Source: an uncultured cyanobacterium (GTDB lineage Bacteria > Cyanobacteriota > Cyanobacteriia > Cyanobacteriales > Nostocaceae). Taken from it: DNA of 64,000 nucleotides. The notes below the pieces were generated by a model. It saw only the letters and a program-made list of their open reading frames with translations, was not told the DNA's origin and did no database searches. Shown here one piece after another: positions 1 through 10,556 of the stretch. Positions within the stretch are counted from its first letter, which is position 1. Every line of letters begins with the position of its first letter. The translations under genes were made by a program, and so were the position numbers. The stretch lies in assembly GCA_963706595.1 (NCBI GenBank), contig OY970166.1, forward strand, positions 2,208,001 through 2,272,000, written 5' to 3'.

Positions 1-324
1 TTTTTTATCTGGAATAATTTGTGTGGAATTACTAGGCTTTCGCCAGCCCAAACATTGATAATAAAAAGAAAGATCAGTGGCATCAAAGTCAATAGCTAAA
101 GCTTGATCATAGTAATCCATCGCTTCTGCTGTCCGTCGTTGCTTGAGCATCAAATTGCCCAATTGTTGATACGCAGGCAAAAAGTCTGGTTGCAGTATTA
201 AGGTTTCCTGATAGCGAGCGGAGGCATTTTCCAAGTCACCGCGCAATTGCCAAGCATTTCCTAATTTAAATTGGGTTAAAGCTGGGTTGTCTTGGTTATT
301 GTTTTTGTTTATTTCCAGATTCAT
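1..324 (-). CDS. TPR-repeat protein, N-terminal part (runs off the window edge)
   Basis: Manual translation from ATG at 324: MNLEINKNNNQDNPALTQFKLGNAWQLRGDLENASARYQETLILQPDFLPAYQQLGNLMLKQRRTAEAMDYYDQALAIDF..., two TPR-like motifs, open to position 1; overlaps the stop of the upstream gene. Confidence 0.8.
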   Translation of the reverse strand, partial: MNLEINKNNNQDNPALTQFKLGNAWQLRGDLENASARYQETLILQPDFLPAYQQLGNLMLKQRRTAEAMDYYDQALAIDFDATDLSFYYQCLGWRKPSNSTQIIPDKK

Positions 325-1601
325 AAAGTTTTGGCAATACGTATTCCCATAATACGCGGATGGGACGCACAAAGTAATACAGAAAAAATAATTGCTGAGG
401 AAGTCTTAAAAATTGGCGATCGCGTTCATTCGGTACACATAATCTCCTGATCAGAAAATACAAATATAATAAACTCATTGAAATTATTTGATCAAGTCCC
501 CAAGGATTTAATGAACTATCTAGTGTTTTTAATGGTGAGATATATACTAAATGCAGATTGCGGAAAGCCGATATTAGTCTACTTTCATATAATGCTTGGT
601 GTAAAGTGCTATTTGTCTGAATCTCTAGAGAATTGAACAGTGCAATTTGTGTATCCAGGGATTTAATCTGAATAAATTTTGATCCAATATGATCTGGCAC
701 AGAAATATTGAAGAGATTTTGAGTTATATAGATTCCCAGTAAAAATAGTTTCTGACACCGCAACTCTGAAGATAGTTGCAAAGTTAAGTGCCAATCTAAA
801 TCAGGATATGCTTGGATCACTTGGGCAAGATCACAAATTTGTTTAAGCGAGCGCAACCATCCATAATCTTTAGCAATATTAACACTTTGAATAATTAACG
901 CTATTTCTGGAATGAAACTTTTGATAGATTGACCCATCATTGTCATGGGCTGACAATATTCCCAAAGGCGATCGTAATGGTTCGGGTTCCAAGTCCGTCT
1001 CGGTGGAATACCCCAATGTAAGTCAATACTACGTTTTGGGTTGCTATGCAGCAATGATGGCTCAAATCTGGCGTTAAACATTTCTGCTTCCGGGGCTTTG
1101 TAAGACAGAGAGATTTGCCAATCTCTATCGACTTGATCAAATTCCACCTCTTCTGAGGAATTAGACTGATAGCCTTGACTAATTAAAACTGCCTTTGCTT
1201 GCCAAAAGTCCCGTCGCCGCACCAAAATATCAAGATCATTAAACTGGCGCAAAGACACATTACCATAAGCTGATGCTGCAAGTACTGCTCCCTTAAATGC
1301 GATCGCCTCAATTCCTGACTTTTCTAATTGCGTCAAAATCCTTAACAATTCTTTCGTTTGAGATAAGTTATTCAATCCATTCATGCGATTGAGCGTTTGC
1401 AGTTGCATCATTACCGAGGGCGGTACATCATCAATTTCCTTCAGACTTTGATACAGCAGAGGCATTACACCCTGAGCGATGCTAATTTCTATCAATAAAA
1501 CAGTTAAGATCATCTCTTAGTAAGTCCCTAACTGCGTTAACAGTTGTCGTGTGAAAATGGCACTTGAGACAAGCAAGTAAAGCGATTACTTCCGCAGATA
1601 A
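296..1601 (-). pseudogene. Nucleotidyltransferase family protein (NTP_transf_5-like), apparently frameshifted near its 5' end
   Basis: ORF 296..1513 has FKGAVLA..YG..LRQFNDLDILV and IDLHW motifs. The expected N-terminal segment LSAEVIALLACLKCHF..RDLLRDDLN lies in another frame at 1601-1503. Confidence 0.65.
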
Positions 1602-1762
1602 AGTATTTTTATAAGTTATTGATTAGTAGAAAGGTAATATCTGCAAAAATCTGTTGTTTATCGTTAATGCTGATACTTACAGCAATGCGATCCACAATTA
1701 ATTTGATGATGTAAAGTAATACCAGAGGTAATATACCCTGAATTCCATTTAAAATTACATTA

Positions 1763-1807
1763 GCAATTAGTCTAGTTTGGAGAACTTTGCCAAACTAGAC
1801 TAATTGC
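1763..1807. repeat. Perfect 18-bp inverted repeat (hairpin, terminator or operator)
   Basis: GCAATTAGTCTAGTTTGG-9nt-CCAAACTAGACTAATTGC. Confidence 0.8.
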
Positions 1808-1986
1808 ACGTTTGATGTTTGTCATTAAGCCATCCTGGAAAAACTAAGCCACTACAAGCAGCTAAATACTACATATAGAGTCTTAGCGGGAGATTTTGAA
1901 AATCTTTATAGTTTCCCTTGGATTTTTGCCCTTCTATTTAGTCTTTATACTTTTTTAACAAATACCTGTAGCGGGGCGAACTATTG

Positions 1987-2883
1987 TTACGAATTACGAC
2001 TTAATTGATATTGTTTCCACTTTTCCTGCTGACGTACTCTTTTTTCTTCAGTCAGGCTATCAAAACAGTGGGGACAAGAAATACCTTCTTCATATTTAGG
2101 GGAAGTCTTATCTGTCGCCGATATGGGATGTCCACAACAAAAGCATAATTCATGACTACCTGACTCTAAGCCATGACGCACTGCTACCCGTTCATCAAAT
2201 ACAAAACATTCACCTTCCCACAAACTTTCTTCTGTTGGCACTGATTCCAAATACTTGAGAATACCGCCTTTGAGGTGATAGACTTCGGCAAAGCCTTGAG
2301 ATATCATAAAAGATGAAGCTTTTTCACAACGAATCCCGCCAGTACAAAACAACGCGACTTTTTTGTGTTGCTTGGGGTCGAGGTTTTGACTCACATATTC
2401 TGGAAATTCTCGGAATGATTTAGTTTGAGGATTTTGGGCTTTTTTGAAAGTCCCAATATTCACTTCATAATCATTACGGGTGTCAATCACAACTACTTCA
2501 GGATCAGAAATTAAATCATTCCATTCCTGGGGTGTGACATAAGTACCCACCTGCTGATTCGGGTCAACTTCTGGCAAACCCATAGTCACAATTTCGGCTT
2601 TTAGCCGTACCTTCATCCGTTCAAAGGGCTGTGTTTCGGTGGATGATTCTTTGGCTTCTAAGTCTGCTAAACGGGGGTCAGCACGCAAAAATGTTAAAAC
2701 AGAGTCAACAGCTTGACGCGACCCGGCAATAGTCCCGTTAATACCCTCTGCGGCTAATAAAATTGTCCCCTTAACACCTTGTGATTGGCAGTAAGAAAGC
2801 AGAGGTTCTTGTTTTTCGGCAAAATCGGGCAGTCTGACAAATTTATAAAGTGCTGCCACCACCTGGATATTTTCTTGCTTCAT
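1987..2883 (-). CDS. trhO: Rhodanese-related tRNA uridine(34) hydroxylase (UPF0176)
   Basis: [58 protein letters not shown] motifs. Confidence 0.9.
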   Translation of the reverse strand: MKQENIQVVAALYKFVRLPDFAEKQEPLLSYCQSQGVKGTILLAAEGINGTIAGSRQAVDSVLTFLRADPRLADLEAKESSTETQPFERMKVRLKAEIVTMGLPEVDPNQQVGTYVTPQEWNDLISDPEVVVIDTRNDYEVNIGTFKKAQNPQTKSFREFPEYVSQNLDPKQHKKVALFCTGGIRCEKASSFMISQGFAEVYHLKGGILKYLESVPTEESLWEGECFVFDERVAVRHGLESGSHELCFCCGHPISATDKTSPKYEEGISCPHCFDSLTEEKRVRQQEKWKQYQLSRNS

Positions 2884-2939
2884 TTCGTGAGCAATGATAT
2901 AATCTTTAACTAAAGTAGCAAATGCTTTGTCTATTTTAT

Positions 2940-3012
2940 GGGGGTTTAGCTCAGTTGGTAGAGCGCCTGCTTTGCAAGCAGGATGTCAGCAGTTCGAGTC
3001 TGCTAATCTCCA
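2940..3012 (+). tRNA. trnA: tRNA-Ala(UGC)
   Basis: GGGGGTTTAGCTCAGTTGGTAGAGCGCCTGCTTTGCAAGCAGG...GTTCGAGTCTGCTAATCTCCA; full cloverleaf, TGC anticodon, G3:U70 pair. Confidence 0.95.
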
Positions 3013-3654
3013 CTATTCACCACGTTGAAAAACTACAGACAGATTATTAGCCGGCATTTGGTAAATTTCTTGAAAAATCAGATGCTGAGTGTTAGCTGCT
3101 TCTATGACATCCTCCAAATTACGCACACCCCATTCAGGATTTCGCTCCTTTAAAGATTGGTCAAAAGCCGCATTACTAGAAGCAGTATGTTCACCATTTT
3201 GTTTAAAAGGACCATATAAATAGAGTATTCCACCATTCGGCAAAATTCGACCAGCACCAGCCATCAGTCCCAAACAAGCTGACCAAGGTGAAATATGAAT
3301 CATATTAATATTAACTATAGCTACAATGGGTGAGTCAGGTAAATTACCTTTCTCCACTGCCCAAATTGGCGCACTAGCATCAAGTTCCAAAGGTAAATAA
3401 AGATTATCTGATGGACATTCTTCAGCCCAAGCCGTCACACTAGCGCGTAACAACGGATTTTGTTCAGTCGGTAGCCATCGGCGAGGGCTAAGACGGGGCG
3501 CAAAAAATACCGCGTGTTCACCCGTACCACTAGCCACTTCCAAAATAGTGCCACTTGTAGGTAACACTTGTAAAAGCACCTCTAAAATCGGTTCACGATT
3601 GCGTTCAGTTGCTGGCGCGTACTGTCGCGCATCATCCGGTATATTAATATCCAA
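3013..3654 (-). CDS. DUF938 family SAM-dependent methyltransferase
   Basis: APATERNREPIL, LEVASGTGEH, NMIHISPW, YGPF, SNAAFD, MPANN motifs. Confidence 0.9.
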   Translation of the reverse strand: MDINIPDDARQYAPATERNREPILEVLLQVLPTSGTILEVASGTGEHAVFFAPRLSPRRWLPTEQNPLLRASVTAWAEECPSDNLYLPLELDASAPIWAVEKGNLPDSPIVAIVNINMIHISPWSACLGLMAGAGRILPNGGILYLYGPFKQNGEHTASSNAAFDQSLKERNPEWGVRNLEDVIEAANTQHLIFQEIYQMPANNLSVVFQRGE

Positions 3655-3686
3655 ATTAAACTCTTATCCTTTGCGCCTCTGCGCCT

Positions 3687-5129
3687 TTGCGTGACAATAA
3701 TCCATATTCTCTGGAGAATCATTTGCCTAAATCAATCAACTCCACCCAACCACCACTCAAATTTATTCCCCAAAGCTTTAACCCATTTATAGTGCAAATT
3801 TTCCGGTGGTTATTGCCTATTGTGCTACGTTTTCGCACTAAACCGTGGCTACCTGCGGGGATTGTCCAAATTGAAGCTGAGAATGTTGAGATATTAGCGA
3901 AACTTTATCAACAATTCCAGGCTGGCAAAATTCGCTTTTTGATTGCCTTTCGGCATCCAGAGGTAGAAGATCCTCTGTGTATGCTACATCTAGTTTCCTA
4001 CATTTTGCCCAAGGTTTCACGCCAGCAGGGGATTAAACTGCAAGAACCTATTCACAGCTACTTTATTTACGATCGCGGGATGACTGTGTGGGCTGGGGAT
4101 TGGCTGGGGTGGTTATTCTCTAAGGTTGGCGGTGTTCCCATTCGTCGTGGTAGGCGAGTAGATAGACAGGCGATTCAAACCGCACGAGAGTTGTTTTGTA
4201 ATGGTGAAATGGCGATCGCGATCGCACCCGAAGGCGGTAATAATGGTCACAGTGAAATTGTTAGTCCCTTAGAACCCGGTGTAGCACAATTAAGTTTCTG
4301 GTGTGTAGAAGACTTGCAAAAAGCTCACCGTTCTGAGACTGTGGTAATTGTCCCCATTGGTATTCAGTATAGCTACGTCGAGCCGCCTTGGTCAAAACTA
4401 CATTGGCTATTAACTAAATTAGAAGCTGATAGCGGTTTGGAACCAATTGATCAATCTGCGACTCCAGAAATTTACTATCAACGCCTTTGTCGCCTGGGTG
4501 AATATTTGATTACCGAGATGGAAGAGTTTTATCGCCGTTTCCATCATCAAGACATCCCCAAAAGTATATCTATAGATGAATCTGCAAGTCCCAATGAGAT
4601 TCTCATTGCGAGATTGCATCGTTTAATGGATACAGCTTTACACGTTGCTGAAGCATATTTTGGCGTACAAGCCCAAGGAAATTTTATTGATCGTTGTCGT
4701 CGTTTAGAAGAAGCCGGTTGGAATTACATTTACCGGGATGATATAGCAGATATCAATGCTTTACCACCATTCAAACGCGGTTTAGCCGATTGGGTTGCGT
4801 CGGAAGCAGATTTGAAGATGCAACATATCAGAATAGTGGAAAGTTTTGTGGCTGTGACTGCTAATTATATCGAGGAAAAACCGACGGCGGAAAGGTTTGC
4901 AGAAACGGCGTTATTAATGTTTGATCTGCTGTCTCGCATCAAAGAATCTACTCTCCCCGGAAGACCTCGCTTAGGTTTGCGAAAGGCGCTGATTACTGTC
5001 GGTGAACCAATTTCTGTGACTGAACGCTGGGAAAAATCTCAAAGCGATCGCTCTGCAACTCGTCAAGCTGTAAGTGACTTGACAAAAGACTTACAAACTG
5101 CTATGGAAAATCTAATTCAGGATAATTAG
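3687..5129 (+). CDS. 1-acyl-sn-glycerol-3-phosphate acyltransferase (PlsC-like); start may be TTG at 3723
   Basis: HPEVED (HX4D) and IAPEG acyltransferase motifs. Confidence 0.85.
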   Translation: MRDNNPYSLENHLPKSINSTQPPLKFIPQSFNPFIVQIFRWLLPIVLRFRTKPWLPAGIVQIEAENVEILAKLYQQFQAGKIRFLIAFRHPEVEDPLCMLHLVSYILPKVSRQQGIKLQEPIHSYFIYDRGMTVWAGDWLGWLFSKVGGVPIRRGRRVDRQAIQTARELFCNGEMAIAIAPEGGNNGHSEIVSPLEPGVAQLSFWCVEDLQKAHRSETVVIVPIGIQYSYVEPPWSKLHWLLTKLEADSGLEPIDQSATPEIYYQRLCRLGEYLITEMEEFYRRFHHQDIPKSISIDESASPNEILIARLHRLMDTALHVAEAYFGVQAQGNFIDRCRRLEEAGWNYIYRDDIADINALPPFKRGLADWVASEADLKMQHIRIVESFVAVTANYIEEKPTAERFAETALLMFDLLSRIKESTLPGRPRLGLRKALITVGEPISVTERWEKSQSDRSATRQAVSDLTKDLQTAMENLIQDN

Positions 5130-5168
5130 CACCAACCGGGTTTTTGGATAAAAACCCAGTTGTTTCAC

Positions 5169-5402
5169 CTAATCGTCTAAATCCATGTCTGAATCATCAT
5201 CGTCATGATCATAAGGAATATCATCAAGCTCAATCATCTCCGAGATTTCTTCTACTTGACTCAGACGCTGAGATTCTTGATGTTCACGCTCTATGAGGCG
5301 ACCATTTGATTTTAGCCATTCTAGTAAAACAAATTCATTACTAGTACGAATTACAGTGGCTCGTTGATTACGAGGTTCTTCACTCAAAGGGCCGTTAGGC
5401 AT
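5169..5402 (-). CDS. DUF3134-like small acidic cyanobacterial protein
   Basis: PLSEEPRNQ..LLEWLKSNGRLIER followed by an acidic tail. Confidence 0.7.
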   Translation of the reverse strand: MPNGPLSEEPRNQRATVIRTSNEFVLLEWLKSNGRLIEREHQESQRLSQVEEISEMIELDDIPYDHDDDDSDMDLDD

Positions 5403-5837
5403 ATAAAAAACTCACTTTTAATGGAAAAAACTAGACTGGCTGGAATTAATAAACTACAATTAACCCTATAAAATGTGACAAAGTATAGTATCCATAACCT
5501 TTCCACAATTTGCTGAAGTACAGATTAATCGGCGTTCATCTGCGTTTATCTTCTTCTATCGGCGGTTAACTCTTTTTTGCATACAGCAATAGGAATAATT
5601 ATTATAACTCATAATCCTATCAGTATAAAACAACTTTACCAAAATCATGATATTTATCTTTTCGATAAAAAGTCTGATTTTATCTGATCCTCGGCGATTT
5701 ATAAGTTAATGTGGGCAATTAATCACAGGATGAGAGCCATGACTGCATTATGGAGAAAAATTGAGTGAAAATCACCGAATTTTTCACCGTAATTACATTT
5801 AAACTGGTGACAATTTGAATAAACAAGGTTAGTAATA

Positions 5838-7493
5838 ATGCCTGAACGTAAAGCGAATTTATTAATTCCTGCTGTTGGTGCGACTGTACTCGTGGCAGGA
5901 AGTATAGCTGCTTATATGTATTTTAAAGGACCATCTGGAGATAGCTCAGGGGCTTTAGGTAGTGCTAAATTAGTACCGTCTACAGCACTGATGGCGACTT
6001 ACATTAGTACTGACCCCCAAGCCTGGGCGGAATTGTCAGAGTTTGGCACTCCAGAAGCGCAAAAGCTACTAGCCAAAGGGTTAGAAGATTTTCAACAAGA
6101 TTTTTTTAAGGAAGGTAATATTTCCTACGAACAAGATTTAAAGCCCTGGGTTGGTGGTGTGATGGTGGCTGTACTCCCACCGAATCCGACTCAACTCGCA
6201 CAGACTAAGGCACAGCCAGAATCGAATATCTTGATGGTAGTAGGGATCAAAGATAAACTTAAGGCTTTAAGTTTTGCCAATAAATTAAAGTCAAAAGAAG
6301 GTGTAAAAGTTGAGGAATCTGATTACAAAGGTGAGAAAATTACAGCAGTTACAGAAAATGGTAGACTGACATATAGTGCTACTTTAAATAATAATCATTT
6401 AGTGTTAGCGCCGTCAAAGCAAGCTGTAGAAAAGGCTATTGAAACTTTCAAAGGACAGCCCTCTTTCGCCAGTGAAGCAGGTGCAAATAAGATGCTCACT
6501 GCTAACGCAGATGTGAAGAATATTCTGGCTCAAGTTTACATCCCAGACTATGGGGGAATGATGCAGCAATTGTTAGCTGCAAGTCCCCAGGCGACGCAAT
6601 TACCACCACAAACGTTAAAACAGTTACAACAAGTAAAATCTATGGTGGCGCGTGTGGGAGTTGATGCTCAGGGTGTGCGGATGAAGGCGATCGCTAATTT
6701 AGATCCACAATTGAATAAGTTCGAGTATCAAGCAAGTCCGGCAAAAATAGTCGGTCAATTACCTTTGGATACCTTTGCTTTGATGACTGGTAATGGGATC
6801 AGCCGCAGTTGGTCAGCTATAGTAGAACAGTCTCAAGATGATCCTGCATTTAACCAAGTCTTACAACAGGTGCGGGGACAATTAAAGTTTGTGAATATTG
6901 ACTTAGATAAAGACGTTTTTGGGTGGATGGATCGAGAATTTGCCTTTGGTGCTGTGCCATCGAATCAAGGTGTCTTGGCGAATTTTGGTTTTGGCGGTGC
7001 ATTAGTCTTAGAAACGAGCGATCGCCAAACTGCAACAGCAACTTTGAGTAAACTAGATAACCTCGCCAAAATTCAACAAATCAACGTCGCGAACAGAAAA
7101 ATCGACGGTAAAGATGTCACTGAATGGCAAATACCTGGACAAGGAGCTTTATTATCTCATGGTTGGCTAAATCAAGATACCGTGTTTTTGGCAGTTGGTG
7201 GTTCCGTAGCTGATGCGATCGCCACGAATAATTCTCCCAAACTTAATACTAGCAACACCTTCAAAGCTGTTACTGATTCACTGCAAAAACCCAACGCGGG
7301 ATACTTCTATATAGATGCAGAAAAAACTGCGTCTTTAGTTAATCGGTTCATGACACAAGGACAACCTCTGCCCACTGATGCTAACACAGTCCTGAGTGCC
7401 GTTCATGGTTTTGGTGTCACCGTCACGAGTCCCGATAAATCTACTGGTGAATTGGAGATGTTGTTGGCTTTGAAACCAAAAACTGCTAAGTAG
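5838..7493 (+). CDS. DUF3352 domain membrane-anchored protein
   Basis: N-terminal TM helix; SYEQDLKPWVG and DVFGWMDREFA motifs. Confidence 0.8.
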   Translation: MPERKANLLIPAVGATVLVAGSIAAYMYFKGPSGDSSGALGSAKLVPSTALMATYISTDPQAWAELSEFGTPEAQKLLAKGLEDFQQDFFKEGNISYEQDLKPWVGGVMVAVLPPNPTQLAQTKAQPESNILMVVGIKDKLKALSFANKLKSKEGVKVEESDYKGEKITAVTENGRLTYSATLNNNHLVLAPSKQAVEKAIETFKGQPSFASEAGANKMLTANADVKNILAQVYIPDYGGMMQQLLAASPQATQLPPQTLKQLQQVKSMVARVGVDAQGVRMKAIANLDPQLNKFEYQASPAKIVGQLPLDTFALMTGNGISRSWSAIVEQSQDDPAFNQVLQQVRGQLKFVNIDLDKDVFGWMDREFAFGAVPSNQGVLANFGFGGALVLETSDRQTATATLSKLDNLAKIQQINVANRKIDGKDVTEWQIPGQGALLSHGWLNQDTVFLAVGGSVADAIATNNSPKLNTSNTFKAVTDSLQKPNAGYFYIDAEKTASLVNRFMTQGQPLPTDANTVLSAVHGFGVTVTSPDKSTGELEMLLALKPKTAK

Positions 7494-7520
7494 AGGATCG
7501 GGAAAAAAACTCCCCCATCT

Positions 7521-7955
7521 CTACAGAACCTTAGTATCGCGAGATTCCAAAGTTTCAGTCAGCCGATCCAAAGCCCCAGTCAGTCTTTCTTGCGCTACGA
7601 CATTAGGATCTGGTGGTGCGGTTTCTTCTACGACTTCTTCTCGTCTTTTGAATCTTTGTAAGGCGCGTACCGCCAAGAAGATGATCAAGGCAATGATGAT
7701 AAAGTCAACGATAGCACCGAAAAAACTGCCGATTCTAATGCCTGTCCCGACAGTGATTGTTCTCCAATCTTCGCCAGTTACAGCCACCAAGGGATTGAGT
7801 AATGGCATAATTACATCCTCCACAAAGGAAGTGACAATCCGACCAAATGCAGTACCAATGACCACTGCGATCGCTAAATCCATGACATTGCCTTGGAGGG
7901 CAAATTCTTTAAAATCTCTGAAAAAACCGTTGGCTCTTCTTCTGACTCTGGCCAT
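7521..7955 (-). CDS. mscL: Large-conductance mechanosensitive channel
   Basis: FKEFALQGNVMDLAIAVVIGTAFGRIVTSFVEDVIMP. Confidence 0.95.
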   Translation of the reverse strand: MARVRRRANGFFRDFKEFALQGNVMDLAIAVVIGTAFGRIVTSFVEDVIMPLLNPLVAVTGEDWRTITVGTGIRIGSFFGAIVDFIIIALIIFLAVRALQRFKRREEVVEETAPPDPNVVAQERLTGALDRLTETLESRDTKVL

Positions 7956-8138
7956 ACTTGATAATCAAGAATTTTTGTAGTTTTTTAAACATTACAAATC
8001 TCAAATCAATCAAACATCCCACTTTGGCTAGAATACAAAATTTAAATGTCCAGTCTGATGCACAAGAACAGTGCTAGACTAGCCTGCGATAATGGTGTCA
8101 TAAGTAAAAAAGGCTGTTCAACGCAAACTCAAAAATTT

Positions 8139-9059
8139 ATGACTGCTGCTACAACAACAACTCCTGGTTTAGCCTCCCGTTTGGTAAATGGTATCCTGGG
8201 TATCAAACCTTTAGCCAATCTCGCCAAGCATCAAGCTAGACAAATGATGATTAAACGCGCGGAAAAAATTGGCGTTCCTTGGACACAAGAAGTCAAAACA
8301 TTACAAGCGCGTGATTGGACAGCAGAATTAGCTCAAGTTCAAAATCCTCAGCTTTCCTACCCAGACTATTACCTGACTTCATTTCATGCTTACGAAACAG
8401 GTAATCTCAGTTGGCAAGCTGCATTTGAGGTCAAGCCTGCTGCTCATGCCGTTCATGCTAAAATTTGGCAAGAGGCAGAAGCTCAAGGTGATGCTAAACT
8501 ACGTCAAAGTTATCACGATATTCTCAAAGGTTCGCTGACAAATATTCCGCAAGATATCCTGGATGTGGGATGTAGTGTAGGTTTGAGTACCTTTGCTCTG
8601 CAAGAAATTTATCCCCAGTCTCAAATTACAGGTTTGGATTTATCGCCTTACTTTTTAGCTGTGGCTCATTACCGCGCCCAACAACATCAAGCTCAAATTA
8701 ATTGGCTTCATGCCGCAGCTGAATCGACTGAGTTACCAGATGCTGGTTTTGATTTAGTCTCTATTTTCTTAATGTGCCACGAACTGCCCCAATTAGCAAC
8801 CCGCAAGATTTTTGCCGAAATGCGCCGGGTGCTGCGTCCAGGTGGTCATTTGGCAATTATGGACATGAATCCCCAATCAGAAATTTACAAGAAAATGCCA
8901 CCCTACATTTTGACACTGCTCAAAAGTACAGAACCTTATCTAGATCAATATTTTGGTTTGGATATTGAGCAAGCTTTAATTGAGGCTGGTTTTCAAGCGC
9001 CCACTATCACCAATAATACTCCTCGTCACCGGACTATAATTGCTCAAGTCCAGGGCTGA
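8139..9059 (+). CDS. Class I SAM-dependent methyltransferase
   Basis: ILDVGCSVG, GLDLSPY, RRVLRPGG; likely start ATG 8139 within ORF 8046..9059. Confidence 0.85.
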   Translation: MTAATTTTPGLASRLVNGILGIKPLANLAKHQARQMMIKRAEKIGVPWTQEVKTLQARDWTAELAQVQNPQLSYPDYYLTSFHAYETGNLSWQAAFEVKPAAHAVHAKIWQEAEAQGDAKLRQSYHDILKGSLTNIPQDILDVGCSVGLSTFALQEIYPQSQITGLDLSPYFLAVAHYRAQQHQAQINWLHAAAESTELPDAGFDLVSIFLMCHELPQLATRKIFAEMRRVLRPGGHLAIMDMNPQSEIYKKMPPYILTLLKSTEPYLDQYFGLDIEQALIEAGFQAPTITNNTPRHRTIIAQVQG

Positions 9060-9140
9060 TTTCTTGATTTTGTCTCTCCTGACTCAGGAACCACCTTGTA
9101 TACACAAGTGATCTAATCCCCCTAAATCCCCCTTAAAAAG

Positions 9141-9324
9141 CAGGGCTGTTTCATTCCATCAGGAGGGAGGATTTGTCAATATCATTAGGGATAATTTTTG
9201 GGACAGAAGTCATGGAAAACCTACATTTCAATCCAAAAAATTCAAATTTTTCTCAGGATATTTAGAGCGATCGCTTTAAATATCCCTTGACATAATAAGC
9301 CTTTGAGGGAATGAAACAGCCCTG
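9141..9324. mobile_element. 184-bp MITE with ISAs1-like CAGGG ends
   Basis: 17-bp TIR CAGGGCTGTTTCATTCC / GGAATGAAACAGCCCTG; 10-bp target duplication CCTTAAAAAG at 9131-9140 and 9325-9334. Confidence 0.9.
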
Positions 9325-9367
9325 CCTTAAAAAGGGGGACTTTAAGAAATTTTCCCCCCTTCTCAAG

Positions 9368-9522
9368 CTACGGTGTACACACAAGTCAGGAAATTCTCTT
9401 TTGCGTCATAAAACCCCACCCCTAGCCCCTCCCCGCAAGCGAGGAGGGGAACAAGATTTCTGATTAAATCTTGTTTTTAGGGCTGGAAACTCTCTTTGGG
9501 TCAGGATGTGTGTACACTGTAG
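9368..9522. mobile_element. 155-bp MITE with IS4/IS50-like ends
   Basis: TIR CTACGGTGTACACACA / TGTGTGTACACTGTAG; 10-bp duplication CCTTCTCAAG at 9358-9367 and 9523-9532. Confidence 0.9.
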
Positions 9523-9575
9523 CCTTCTCAAGGGGGGCTAGGGGGGATCAAAACGTGATGCTTTATATTAGACTT

Positions 9576-10556
9576 TTACCAATTCCACATCACCGCATTT
9601 TCATCGAGATGGTCGGTAACAATGCGCCCAATGGTATCGATTTGGGCTAGTTCCTCGTGATCAAGTTGAATCTCAGTAGCTTTGGCGTTGTCTTGTGCTT
9701 GTTCGGGATAACGCGCCCCAGCGATAGCGAAGCGCTCCGTAGGAATCGCATTTGTTTGGGGTTGGGCGATTAACCAAGCTAATGCTAACTGCGCCAAGCT
9801 ACAATGATGACGCGTTGCTATGGGACGCAGTTTTTCTAAAGCTTGTTGGGCGTGTTCAAAGTTTTCCCCTTGGAATAATTTATTTTTAGCCCGGTTGTCT
9901 GTGGGGTCAAATTTATGACCGGGGTCAAATTTTCCGGTTAACAATCCTTGGGCTAAGGGTGAATAAGCCAAAATAGAAATATTATTTTCTATACAATAGG
10001 GCATGGCATCTTTTTCTACCTGCCGCCAAAATAAGGAATATGGGGGTTGTAAACTATCAATACGTCCATACTGTGCGGCTTCTGTCAATTGGGCGCGAGA
10101 GAAATTAGAAACACCTATTGACCGGATTTTCCCCTGTTCTTTGAGTTTATTTAAAGCTTTCATAGTCTCTTCAATGGGGACTATTTCGGAATTGAATGAC
10201 CCGGAAGGCCAATGTATTTGGTAAAGGTCTATATAGTCAGTTTTGAGATTTTTTAAGGAGCGATCGCACGCGTCAATGACTAAATCATACTTGAGATGGT
10301 TGGCGAAAACTTTCGAGGCGTATTCAACGCGATCGCGCACATCAGATAAAGCTGCGGCGATAATTTGCTCAGAATGTCCTTCCCCATAGATTTCCGCAGT
10401 ATCGATGGTGGTAATCCCAGCTTCAACGGCGGCGCGGATAGTTTTAATCGAATCTGCATCCTCAATTCCCGTCCACATGGCTTTACCAGCTTGCCAAGTC
10501 CCCATGAGAATGGGTGTAATGTGGATATCTGATGTTCCGAGTCTGCGCTTTTCCAT
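9576..10556 (-). CDS. Aldo/keto reductase
   Basis: IDTAEIYG, YIDLYQIHWP, GKIRSIGVSNF, AYSPLAQGLLTGK; likely start MEKRRLG. Confidence 0.92.
   Translation of the reverse strand: MEKRRLGTSDIHITPILMGTWQAGKAMWTGIEDADSIKTIRAAVEAGITTIDTAEIYGEGHSEQIIAAALSDVRDRVEYASKVFANHLKYDLVIDACDRSLKNLKTDYIDLYQIHWPSGSFNSEIVPIEETMKALNKLKEQGKIRSIGVSNFSRAQLTEAAQYGRIDSLQPPYSLFWRQVEKDAMPYCIENNISILAYSPLAQGLLTGKFDPGHKFDPTDNRAKNKLFQGENFEHAQQALEKLRPIATRHHCSLAQLALAWLIAQPQTNAIPTERFAIAGARYPEQAQDNAKATEIQLDHEELAQIDTIGRIVTDHLDENAVMWNW
9726..9746 (-). repeat. 21-nt SDR5-like insertion splitting a HIP1 site inside the AKR gene
   Basis: Minus strand GCG|ATTCCTACGGAGCGCTTCGCT|ATCGC; removing it restores GCGATCGC and the reading NAIAGAR. 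Confidence 0.85.
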
